From positions 1 through 21,799 of the forward strand of contig NW_021823593.1 of the NCBI RefSeq assembly GCF_006345805.1: a DNA stretch of 21,799 nt, in the 5' to 3' direction. Shown piece by piece: positions 1 to 10,237 of this stretch. Below the pieces are notes generated by a model. The model was not told where the DNA came from, did not search any database, and was given only the letters and a program-made list of their open reading frames with translations. Source of the stretch: Octopus sinensis (Eukaryota). The translations under genes were made by a program, and so were the position numbers. Position 1 is the first letter of the stretch; every line of letters begins with the position of its first letter.

Positions 1-84
1 AGAGAGAAGAGAAATGTTCATAAATGTTATATAGATGTTACACACATACACTTATATATACATCCACGTTTGTGTATATCGATC

Positions 85-118
85 CATCTGCCTGCCTGCT
101 TGCCGGTCTATCTATCTG

Positions 119-175
<57 letters not shown>

Positions 176-338
176 TGATCGATCGATCGATCTGCTTATC
201 TGTATTCCTGCCTGCCAGCCTGCCTGTCTATCTGTCTGTCTGTCTGTCTGTCTCTGTCTATCTCTGTCTCTCTGTCTGTCTCTGTCTGTCTGTCTGTCAC
301 TATCTATCTACCTGATCGATCTACCTGTCTGTCTGTCA

Positions 339-423
<85 letters not shown>

Positions 424-452
424 AATATATCTATCTACCTGCCTGTCTGTCT
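85..452. repeat. Compound microsatellite (TCTA)n/(TCTG)n/(CT)n
   Basis: Directly visible tetra- and dinucleotide runs; they explain ORFs 24..635 and 70..315. Confidence 0.95.
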
Positions 453-713
453 ATCTGTCCGTTTCAGAGAACTGAAAGGATGAAAGTCGAAACACATGGG
501 TTATATAACAAATTTCTTGGAAATATGAACACACATACACACACACACACACACACTCACCCCGCCCCCACCATGCAAACAAACACGCACTTACATGATG
601 GCTGTCTACACGTGTCCGAGGAAGGCCATCACTGACCATTTACAACATTGCACACTCAAACAAATTTATACTTTACACTTGTGATTCGGTTAGCATTTGA
701 TAAACATAAACAC

Positions 714-1128
714 AGGAGTGGCTGTGTGGTAACTAGCTTGCTTATCAACCACATGGTTCCGGGTTCAGTCCCACTGCGTGGCACCTCGGGCAAGATTCTT
801 CTACTATAGCCTCGGGCCGACCAATGCCTTGTGAGTGGATTTGGTAGACGGAAACTGAAAGAAGCCCGTCGTATATATGTATATATATATGTATGTATAT
901 ATGTGTGTGTATGTTTGTGTGTCTGTGTTTGTCCCCCACCAACATCGCTTGACAAACGATGCTGGTGTGTTACGTCCCCCGTAACTTAGCGGTTCGGCAA
1001 AAGAGACCGATAGAATAAGCACTAGGCTTACAAAGAATAAGTCCTGGGGTCGATCTGCTCGACTAAAGGCGGTGCTCCAGCGTGGCCGCAATCAAATGAC
1101 TGAAACAAGTAAAAGAGTAAAAGAGTAT
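714..1128 (+). mobile_element. SINE family A copy 1 (tRNA-like head, CORE-like motif, internal TA/TG microsatellite, 3' module, AAAAGAGT tail)
   Basis: A-box-like TGGCTGTGTGG and B-box-like GGTTCAGTCC. The same ~410-bp unit recurs at 1129, 1540, 5407, 9759, 11758 and 21076. Confidence 0.92.
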
Positions 1129-1539
1129 AGGAGTGGCTGTGTGGTAAGTAACTTGCTTACCAACCACATGGTTCCGGGTTCAGTCCCACTGCGTGGCACC
1201 TTGGGCAAGTGTCTTCTACTATAGCCTCAGGCCAACCAAAGCCTTGCGAGTGGATTTGGTAGACGGAAACTGAAAGAAGCCCGTCGTATATATGTATATA
1301 TATGTATGTATGTGTGTGTGTGTATATGTATGTGTCTGTGTTTGTTCCCCCAACATCGCTTTACAACCGACGGTGGTATGTTTACGTCCCCGTAACTTAG
1401 CGGTTCGGCAAAAGAGACCGATAGAATAAGTTCTAGGTTACAAAGAATAAGTCCTGGGGGTCGATTTGCTCGACTAAAGGCGGTGCTCCAGCATGGCCGC
1501 AGTCAAATGACTGAAACAAATAAAAGAGTAAAAGAGTAT
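1129..1539 (+). mobile_element. SINE family A copy 2 (middle of head-to-tail trimer)
   Basis: Begins directly after the tail of copy 1 (AAAAGAGTAT|AGGAGTGG). Contains ACCTTGGGCAAGT (1198-1210), which resembles the MIR/CORE-SINE core. Confidence 0.92.
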
Positions 1540-1913
1540 AGGAGTGGCTGTGTGGTAAGTAGCTTGCTTACCAACAACATGGTTTCCGGTTCAGTCCCAC
1601 TGCGTAGCACCTTGGGCAAGTGTCTTCTACTATAGCCTCTGGCCAACCAAAGCATTGTGAGTGGATTAGGTAGACGGAAACTGAAAATGTACATATATGT
1701 ATGTATGTATGTAGTATGTATGTATGTATGTATGTGTGTGTGTGTATGTATGTGTGTCTGTGTTTGTTCCCCCAACATCGCTTTACAACCGACGGTGTGG
1801 TGTGTTTACGTCCCCGTAACTTAGCGGTTCGGCAAAAGAGACCGATAGAATAAGTTCTAGGTTACAAAGAATAAGTCCTGGGGTCGATTTGACTGAAACA
1901 AGTAAAAGAGTAT
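1540..1913 (+). mobile_element. SINE family A copy 3 with two internal deletions
   Basis: Same junction as between copies 1 and 2. Lacks GAAGCCCGTCG, and lacks the CTCGAC...GTCAAA block (TG microhomology near 1890). Confidence 0.9.
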
Positions 1914-2415
1914 CTGCTGACCAAGCTTTCCGCATTCACTTCCATTCATTTCTCTGGCGGTGCGTTTTTCGGACAGCTTAAATTGTTCATAAAAAAAGCG
2001 TGTTTTGTTTTCGAAAATATCTATTCTTTCTTTTAATTGTTTCCTCCATTGGTTGCGATGACAAGCATTGCTTCTCTAATTGACCTCCAATATATCTTAC
2101 ATGCTTTCAACGAAGTCTTTACACAATCCTTAAATCGTGATCTTTGTATCCGCTGTTGGTGATTTCCTTAAAGTTCGCCGCATAACATCTGCTTACGGAT
2201 TCTTCTATCATTCATCCGAACAAGATGTCCTGTTCAACGAAAATGGTGCTTTGAGCACCATCAGCTCAATGCTCAGGATGTCGGTGCCCCTCAAGAGCTC
2301 TGAGTCTGGGGACCGCAAGGACCGGCCAACATTCAGAATGGGTCTCAGACATCTCTAATTGGGAGCGTTCAAGGACCCTTACATGATACCCGTAAAGGAG
2401 TGACGTCAGCGCATC
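1914..2415 (-). mobile_element. Decayed RTE-clade LINE, C-terminal (post-RT) part of the ORF
   Basis: Manual minus-strand translation across frameshifts and stops: ALTSLLYG..HVRVLER / RCLRPILNV..DSELLRGTDILSIELMVLK / FR*TGHLVRMNDRRIRKQMLCGEL*..RFKDCVKTSLKAC / QWRKQLKERIDIFE / ECGKL. These follow the RTE motifs LLYG, RCLRxIL, LRWxGHxxRM, LYGEL, RFKD, WR..FE and CGK in the correct order. Confidence 0.88.
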
Positions 2416-2420
2416 TATAT

Positions 2421-2457
<37 letters not shown>

Positions 2458-2885
2458 AGTCAGTACCTACATCCGTACATGTATACATGCATATATACAT
2501 ACATATATTCATACATACATACGTACGTACATACATATAGACATGTATATAAACACATGCATATATACACATACATGCAAACATACGTGTATACACATAC
2601 ATGCGTGTTTCTGTGTGTATGTATGTATGTATGTATGTATGTATGTATGTATGTATGTATGCATGCATGCATGTGTATATGTATGTATACATGTATGTAT
2701 GTCTGTATGTATGTATGAATGTATATATGTATGTATATATGTATGTATATATGTATGTATATACGCATGTATGTATGTATGTATGTATGTATGTATGTAT
2801 GTATGTATGTATGTATGTATGTACGCATGTATGCATGTATGTATGTATGTATGTATGTATGTATGTATGTGTGTATGTATGTTTG
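2416..2885. repeat. (TACA)/(TGTA)-rich microsatellite, switching orientation near 2600
   Basis: Directly visible; explains ORFs 2369..2945. Confidence 0.95.
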
Positions 2886-2984
2886 TACGTCTTCATGGTT
2901 TTAGTTTTCGAATTTTTCACCAATGAAGAAATATTCGGTTTCTAACCTAGAAACAAAATTTTTTTCATTGTAACTTGAAAACAT

Positions 2985-3131
2985 CGACAGACTTCTTTCA
3001 GTTTCCGTCTACCAAATCCACTCACTGAGGCTATAGTAGAATATACTTGCCCAAGGTGCCACACAGTGAGACTGAACCCGAGAACCATGTGGTTGGGAAG
3101 CAAGCTTCTTACCACACAGCCACTTCTGCGC
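2985..3131 (-). mobile_element. SINE family A, 5' half only
   Basis: Reverse complement reads GCGCAGAAGTGGCTGTGTGG...GGAAACTGAAAGAAGTCTGTCG and stops where the internal microsatellite normally begins. Confidence 0.88.
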
Positions 3132-3289
3132 TTGTAGTAAAAAAAAAAATGCAAATTTAAAAAATCCTGGGAAGAAATTAAACAGAGAAATCCCATCTGC
3201 GTTTGGAAGAAAAAATTAGGTTTAATTCACAGAGAAAGAGCAAAATAAAACAGAAGTATGAGGTGTGTATGTACATGTGCGTAAGTGTA

Positions 3290-3437
3290 AATACACACAC
3301 GCATACACACACACATACACACACATTCACACATAGACTCACAAACATATACACACATATATACATATACTTATGGTGGACCCTGAGTAGGTTTATTTCA
3401 CAGGACATTTTGTGGATTCTCTTATAACACACACACG

Positions 3438-3471
<34 letters not shown>

Positions 3472-3740
3472 TGCAAACACACATACACACGCATATACAC
3501 GCAGACACCCTCACAAACTCACATACACACACCTAACTATACACACATGATAAGCATTAGGTAGCTTCATTTCAGAAGTCTTTGTGTTTTGTATTATAAC
3601 ATACACACACACACACACGTATGTATATATAAATTTAGGTGTATATATGCAAATTGTATATACAAAACATAATACATTTATGCATAACTACATGCACATG
3701 CACACACACACACTCAGAAACACACACACACACACACATG
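3290..3740. repeat. (CA)n/(TA)n-rich low-complexity region
   Basis: Directly visible runs interrupted by short unique stretches. Confidence 0.85.
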
Positions 3741-4244
3741 CGTTCATGTATAAATGTATATTCATATATGGCTGAAGAGGGACACTATTTTCATGAGATG
3801 TCTGTCTTTCCTTTGAAATCCTGGTCTAATTCACACGTCCACCACGTCCACGTACTGATACCCGCTCAAGCACATAAGCACACAAACACCATCATTGATT
3901 TAAACACACACACACACGAAAATACCCAGCCTCTCACACACACATACACACACATATACATAAGCATACATACAATGACTCCCATATATATATGTATATA
4001 TATATAAACATATACATTGGTATACGTTTATTTATATATATATACAACCCAAGTAGAACTTGATTATGTAACGCAAGCATGCATTGTCCCATCTGACATT
4101 AAATGACTCAAGAATTTTGCTCCTGCATTATGTATGTTCCCTGTAATTGACTAAACAAACAGACTCAGCCTAGTTTTAATCCCGTACATTTGGAAGTAGT
4201 GTCTGTATTCAGCGGTCGGTGTGTGGGAAGCAAAATTCACACAC

Positions 4245-4385
4245 ACACACGATATATACATACACATATATATGATATATACACACGTACGCACACACAC
4301 ATATATATACATACATAGATACACACATACACGCACACATACACATACTCATATACTTACATATGCATACATATGCACCTACATC

Positions 4386-4444
<59 letters not shown>

Positions 4445-4511
4445 ATATCTGTCTGTCTGTCTGTCTCTCTGTCTGTCTGTCTTTCTGTCTTTATGTCTCT
4501 CTGTCTCTCTG

Positions 4512-4588
<77 letters not shown>

Positions 4589-4690
4589 GCATTCATATAT
4601 ACATATATACGTACGCAGATAGATAGATATATATTCATAGAGAGAGACAAAGAAAAAGGGAAGATTGACAAACAGAAAGAAAGAGACAAT

Positions 4691-4735
<45 letters not shown>
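4245..4735. repeat. Compound microsatellite (CA/TA), (TCTA)n, (TG)n
   Basis: Directly visible. Confidence 0.92.
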
Positions 4736-4739
<4 letters not shown>

Positions 4740-4744
4740 TATAT

Positions 4745-4923
4745 ATGATTAACCGCCAAATCCACAAGTGTTTTTTATTTTCTCTGTATATTTCCTCTTG
4801 TTCATTTCTGTTGAAGAGCGTAGGCTCGAAACGTAAAGGACTTTTTCACCTTCCCGAGCGTAAAACTAATACACCTGCTTGTTGTTTATACATCTGTCTT
4901 CGTCTTTTGTTTTCTGTAAACTT

Positions 4924-4925
<2 letters not shown>
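4745..4925 (+). mobile_element. Probable Penelope-like element terminal (pLTR) relic with hammerhead-like motif
   Basis: CTGTTGA-A-GAGC-GTAG-GCTC-GAAAC-GTA at 4808-4835 has the layout of minimal type I hammerheads known from Penelope-like pLTRs. The element is flanked by TG and TA microsatellites, and its boundaries are approximate. Confidence 0.5.
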
Positions 4926-4965
<40 letters not shown>

Positions 4966-4976
4966 GGAGTAAACAC

Positions 4977-5012
<36 letters not shown>

Positions 5013-5351
5013 TTGGGAGTTTTCAGAAAAGTTTTTTGAATTTGTATTCTACACGCGGGACTTCATATGATTATGGAAAAAAAAATGCAGGGATGCGTGA
5101 TTTAAGGCTTATTTAGCTGTTATTCTTAGAACACCTCACAACGAGCTCAATAAAAAAAAAAAAACCCAAAAACGAGTAAACACATATTTCGTAGTTTTAA
5201 GCATTTAATATACATTTAATACATTTAATGCGATAAACAGGATATTACAAATTAAATATTCCTCAAAATAAGAAACTTATAGCACAAACTTAAAAGATTT
5301 ATCCAAAAACAAAATAACACATTACAAATTAATTATTTTTCAAAAACAAAC

Positions 5352-5564
5352 ATCCCCAACCTTAACTGGATAACGGAGAAAGTCCTTCGCACACACTTCC
5401 CTAACAAGGAGTGGCTATGTGGTAAGTAGCTTGCTTACCAACCACATGGTTCTGGGTTCAGTCCTATTGCGTGGCACCTTGGGCAAGTGAATTCTACTAT
5501 AGCCTCAGGCCGACCAAAGCCTTGCGAGTGGATTTAGTAGACGGAAACTGAAAGAAGCCCGTCG

Positions 5565-5623
<59 letters not shown>

Positions 5624-6137
5624 GTTTGTTTGTCTGTGTTTGTCCCCCCCCTCAACGTCGCTTGACAACTGATGCTGGTGTGTTTACGTCTTCGTGACCT
5701 AGTGGTTCGGCAAAAGAGGCCGATAGAATAAGTATTAGGCTTACAAAGAATAAGTCCTGGGGTCGATTTTCTCGACTAAAGGCAGTGCTCCTGCATGGCC
5801 GCAGTCAAATGACTGAAACAAATAAAAGAGTAAAAGAGTAATCAACAGCTGACCAATAGCTCATCCCCAGTTCTTCAACACAAAACCAGACTGAAGACAA
5901 TTCCTTAATCCATGAGAAAAGTGAAAGAACTACAGTCCTACGAGGAAGGGTGCCACCTTCAAACCATTTGTCTTTCCTCACTGACATAGACTCCAATCAT
6001 CCTTGGTGCGTGCATCACCAATGCATGTTCCCACCACGCTTTCTTGTACTCATAAAATGTTTCTCCGTTTTGCATAGTTTTCTTTTGGGTATAACACCAT
6101 TTTCTTGCAAGTACAAAACCACATTCTCCTCTAGTGC
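5352..6137 (-). mobile_element. Merlin / ISXO2-like (IS1595-related) transposase N-terminal fragment, split by a family A SINE
   Basis: Minus strand 6137-5841 reads ALEENVVLYLQENGVIPKRKLCKTEKHFMSTRKRGGNMHW*CTHQG*LESMSVRKDKWFEGGTLPRRTVVLSLFSWIKELSSVWFCVEELGMSYWSAVD. It resumes beyond the SINE (5406-5352) as VREVCAKDFLRYPVKVG. This matches the Merlin pattern SIRxxxWFE...ELxxSxxxxVDWxxFxREVC...PxKIGG from recall. Confidence 0.8.
5407..5840 (+). mobile_element. SINE family A copy inserted in the Merlin transposase fragment
   Basis: Full-length match to the other A copies; no TSD visible. Confidence 0.92.
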
Positions 6138-6666
6138 GTAATTTAAGGCCTATTTGGCTACTATTTTTAGCACATATGCAACCATCACAATGACTGGAAC
6201 ATATTAGTCAACACGTGTTTTCTCGCAGACAAAAGAGTTCTCATGTTTGGTTTGTTACTATGGAAACAAGCATGAATGTATTTGTGGATCTATATTGGCT
6301 AAAATTATCCCAAATTTTCAAACTTTAAAAGTTAATAACTCTTTATTTATTGATTTATGGCGAAAATGATTTTCCTGTCATTGATTAGACTATAAAAATG
6401 TTTCATTACACTAAATATCAAATCAATTCGGACAGAAATTGACTTTGGCAACCAAACAGAAAATATCCCAATCTGCTATAAAACCAGCGGCACAACAGAG
6501 GTTGCCATAACCAGAGACCAACTGCAATTCAATTTTTTTGGAAAGAATATTATTTGAACTGCTTCTAGAAAGAAGTTCTAGCGAGAACTCGTGGTCCTTC
6601 AGTCTGAGTCGTTCACATGATTATTACCACATAGCTGGGACCATAAGAGATGCTACTAATTCGGAT

Positions 6667-7096
6667 CAGAGAAGATCTGGGAGAGATAGTGGGTAGGAGG
6701 GAATTTCACACGCTACACACGTACCTTCCAAGCACTGCTGTAAACAGCAAAAGTGAGCTAGAATGTTAAAACTTGGTGCACATTCACAGTAGAGTTCAAT
6801 GTGAAACTTTGCCTAGCGGCTTCATAGTGCGTACTTTAGTTTCGTTACTATGGCAACAGTCCGGATCAGTCGTCGTATATACAGAGAAGATCTGGGAGAG
6901 ATAGTGGGTAGGAGGGCATTCCACACGCTACACACGTACCTTCCAAGCACTGCTGTAAACAGCAAAAGTGAGCTAGAATGTTAAAACCTGGTGCACATTC
7001 ACAGTAGAGTTCAATGTGAATCTTTGCCTAGCGGCATCATACTACGTACTTTAGTTTCGTTACTATGGCAACAGTCCGGATCAGTCGTCGTATATA
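6667..7096 (+). repeat. Tandem duplication of a 215-bp unit (6667-6881, 6882-7096)
   Basis: By-eye alignment gives 7 substitutions and no indels in 215 bp. A diverged partial third copy lies at 18154-18293. Confidence 0.92.
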
Positions 7097-7165
7097 CATG
7101 CATACATACGTATATGTGTACATATATGTATATATATTTGTTCATGTAATAGTGCATATATATAT

Positions 7166-7412
7166 AAAATAAATAAATGCGCCCTTTTAAAGCCTAGCCA
7201 AGCCCATGGGCCCGGTTTCCCGGTTTCTATGGCGTATGTGTTCCGTAGCTGGACGAGATGCCAGTCCATCGCAGCGTTACTCATTTTTGCCAGCTGAGTG
7301 GACTGGAGCAACGTGAAATGAAGTGTTTTGCTCAAGAGCACAACGCGTCACCCGGTCCAGGAATCGAAACCACAATCTTACGATTATGATGCTGACACCC
7401 TAACCACTAAGC

Positions 7413-7417
<5 letters not shown>
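7166..7417 (-). mobile_element. SINE family B
   Basis: Reverse complement has A box TGGCTTAGTGG, B-box-like GTTTCGATTCC, CTTGAGCAAAACACTT, GCGATGGACTGGCATC and a GGGCGCATTTATTTATTTT tail. Matches 15255-15510. Confidence 0.9.
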
Positions 7418-7450
<33 letters not shown>

Positions 7451-7649
7451 TGTGTGTGTGTAAGTATATATGAGTGCATATATGAGTGTCTGCGTATGTA
7501 CTTTTGCGCGCGCGTAAGTGTTTACCTGAATAATAACGAGAAGACACACACACACACACTCACGCACACACACACACACATACATACACAGACACACGCG
7601 TACACCCACACATACGCACACAGAGTACGTGTTACGCGTGCCCTCCTGT

Positions 7650-8020
7650 CATTCTTTTTGACTGCCAACAGTCCTTCCTGAAACATTAGAAGCCATGTGG
7701 TTATCGCCCTTCTTTGTTCGTCCTCTTCCTTTTGGTAGTCTTTATCTCAATACTTACAATCTGGCAGGCATACCGATGATTTAGCTGTAATAGAACGTGA
7801 TCTGACCGTCGTAATCTTCATTCTGTTTTGTGTTGGAATCTTCACGACATTAATTTTCTAAACACTTATCTGGTTCTCTATGATCAGGGTACGAAATGTT
7901 CTGGATTTTTCCTCAAGCACTTTCGATGAAAGATATACTTTTTTTGGCGATTTTTGATGCTGTTCTCGCAGTTTTCTCTCCACGTTTCGTTGCATACTGC
8001 GCCATTATACTGCCATTTAT
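7650..8020 (-). mobile_element. Second, heavily decayed RTE-like LINE C-terminal fragment
   Basis: Minus-strand pieces in order: YNGAVCNETW..KKYIFHRKCLRK / KIQNISYPDH / *RLRRSDHVL / PKGRGRTK. These resemble Y..ETW, FHRxCLRxI, I.Y.DH, RRLRWxGHVL and RGRP. Confidence 0.65.
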
Positions 8021-8064
8021 TTTCTTCTAAATATCTCTCTTCCTCTCTCCTTCCTCTATATTTA

Positions 8065-8500
8065 TTTGTACATACATATAGACATACAAACATACATAGA
8101 TACACACGTACATACTTCCATATATACATATATGTATTTGCGTATATGTATGTTGACATGTACATATGAATATACATGTATATATAATATATATATATAT
8201 AGATTATATATATATTATATTATTATTATATAATATATATATATAGTGTGTGTGTGTGTGTGGTGTGTGTGTGTGTGTATACATTCATATATTTGCACAC
8301 ACACACATAAAATATACATACACATGCAGAGACATGTGCATATATGTTTACACACACATGCACACATACTTTTAATTATACACAAGTAAATGTATATATA
8401 TATACATATATATAAAATACATTCATACACACACACACAAACACACACATACATGTATATATATACATATATATGTGCTTGTATACTTATACATACCTAC
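8065..8500. repeat. (TA)/(CA)/(TG) low-complexity region
   Basis: Directly visible. Confidence 0.88.
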
Positions 8501-8942
8501 ACATATACCGGTATGTAATGTTCACATATTTAGTTATAATATTTTCTCATTTATTTATTTAGTTACATTTAAAAAATTCTCGTCTGTTAACAACAAAAAC
8601 CACCACCACCAACAACAACAACAACAGCAAAAAATACCATTAAAAACCCTTTCAAAAAAAATACATACACACACAATCCACAATATCGTTTTAACAAACC
8701 TGTTTTCTGGTAATTCAATGCTAATGGCTGCCTAAGCATAAACAATTTATCTCAAAAGTGACAACTCCTCTTTTTGGAATGTCTATGTTTCAGAGCTAAT
8801 ATAGTTTCCAGTGAAAACTAAAGACGATTAGTCACGACTAATTAAGTTAGTGTTAACGTATTCAATACAGCAGACGATAAATATCACCGAATTGATTTCT
8901 AATATAGGCAAACGTCTCAAATTTATGGAGGTGTAGAATCAA

Positions 8943-8980
8943 TTATTCTATTATTCTATTATTCTATTATTCTATTATCC
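8943..8980. repeat. Short 8-bp tandem repeat (TATTCTAT)x~5
   Basis: Directly visible. Confidence 0.85.
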
Positions 8981-9049
8981 TGTTATCGTTTCTACCTAGA
9001 GGCCATGTTGGTGCACCACCATTAGCACTAATGTTTGTTTATTTCAGAC

Positions 9050-9280
9050 CAGTGTTTGCCAACCATTTTCCCCCCATAGACCCTTTGATACTTGTTTCAC
9101 TTGAGAGGACCTTTATAGTCATTCGATGTTAAAAAAATCCTATTGTATTTTTATAATTAAGTATTATTAGAAATCGGATAAACGAAATTAGAATATTTGG
9201 TGCCTTCTAGAAACATAACCAATTTAATGCACATAATTTTAACGAGCAAAATCTTATACAGACTCCTAGAGATTTCACTG
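9050..9280. mobile_element. Probable hAT (Charlie-like) MITE relic
   Basis: Starts CAGTGTTTGCCAACC and ends CACTG. The flanking 8-mers TTTCAGAC and GTTTAGTC match each other at 5/8 and resemble the NTCTAGAN target typical of Charlie elements. TIR similarity beyond 5 bp is poor. Confidence 0.5.
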
Positions 9281-9758
9281 GTTTAGTCTCACTTTCTGGT
9301 CCCGCCTCCAGGATGCGAAATTTTTTCTCATGAGAGTTCCGAACCCCATTTATAAACTCATTTACATACACCCAATCAGAGCTCAACTATCAAACTAATT
9401 TATGAGCGCATAACAAGCGAAGGGCGATAAGATAAGGTCACTTGGGTAAGGAATGACCATGCTTCTTTTCTCTATTAACAATGCTTCTTGATCTTTCAAC
9501 CATGGCTGCTTCTGCGTAGTTGTGTTGTTGTTTATTTTCTAAAACAGTAAGGGGAGAGGGTTGCTAGCACATCACCCTCTACCCACATTTCTCCCATCCA
9601 CATCTTTACCATATGGGGCCCCTAACAAAATCTGATAATAGGTATAGATGCAAATCTATCTAATTACTTGTCTCCTTCTAAAATCAGGCATAACTTGGCG
9701 ATACAGTGGTATCCAGTTCAGAGACTGGTAGAGCTTTCAATCTCAAAGCTGGTTGATA

Positions 9759-10177
9759 GACGCAGGAGTGGCTGTGTGGTAAGTAGCATGCTTACCAACC
9801 ACACGGTTCCGAGTTCATTTCCACTGTGTGGCACCTTGGGCAAGTGTCTTCTACTATAGCCTCGGGCTGACCAAAGCCTTGTGAGTGGATTTGGTAGACG
9901 GAAACTGAAAGAAGCCCGTCGTATATATTTATATATGTATGTGTGTTTGTGTGTTTATGTGTTACTGTGTTTGTCCCCACCCAACATCTCTTGACAACCG
10001 ATGGTGGTGTGTTTACGTCCCCGTAACTTAGCGGTTCGCGGTTCGGCAAAAGAAACCGATAAAATAAGTACTAGGCTTACAAAGAATAAGTCCCTGGGGT
10101 CGATTTGCTCGACTAAAGGCGGTGCTTCTGCATGGCTACAGTCAAATGATTGAAACAAATAAAAGAGTAAAAGAGTA
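9759..10177 (+). mobile_element. SINE family A copy
   Basis: Full-length match, with a small internal duplication GCGGTTC x2 near 10031-10045. Confidence 0.92.
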
Positions 10178-10237
10178 GACCTTCCAGAATCTTCTTATTA
10201 TATCGATTCCATTATTTGGCTAATACTTTGACTAATA

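Noticed and set aside
714-1913. Tandem arrays (A trimer, C trimer, 215-bp dimer) as CRISPR-like arrays
   Set aside because: Units are 180-415 bp with no unique spacers, carry Pol III boxes or TSDs, and there are no cas genes; the context is eukaryotic.
3770-3810. CTGAAGAGGG... as another hammerhead core
   Set aside because: No GAAA and no pairing stem I.
9755-10181. TAGAC as a TSD for the A copy at 9759
   Set aside because: Only 5 bp and it overlaps the decayed head and tail, so it is indistinguishable from chance.
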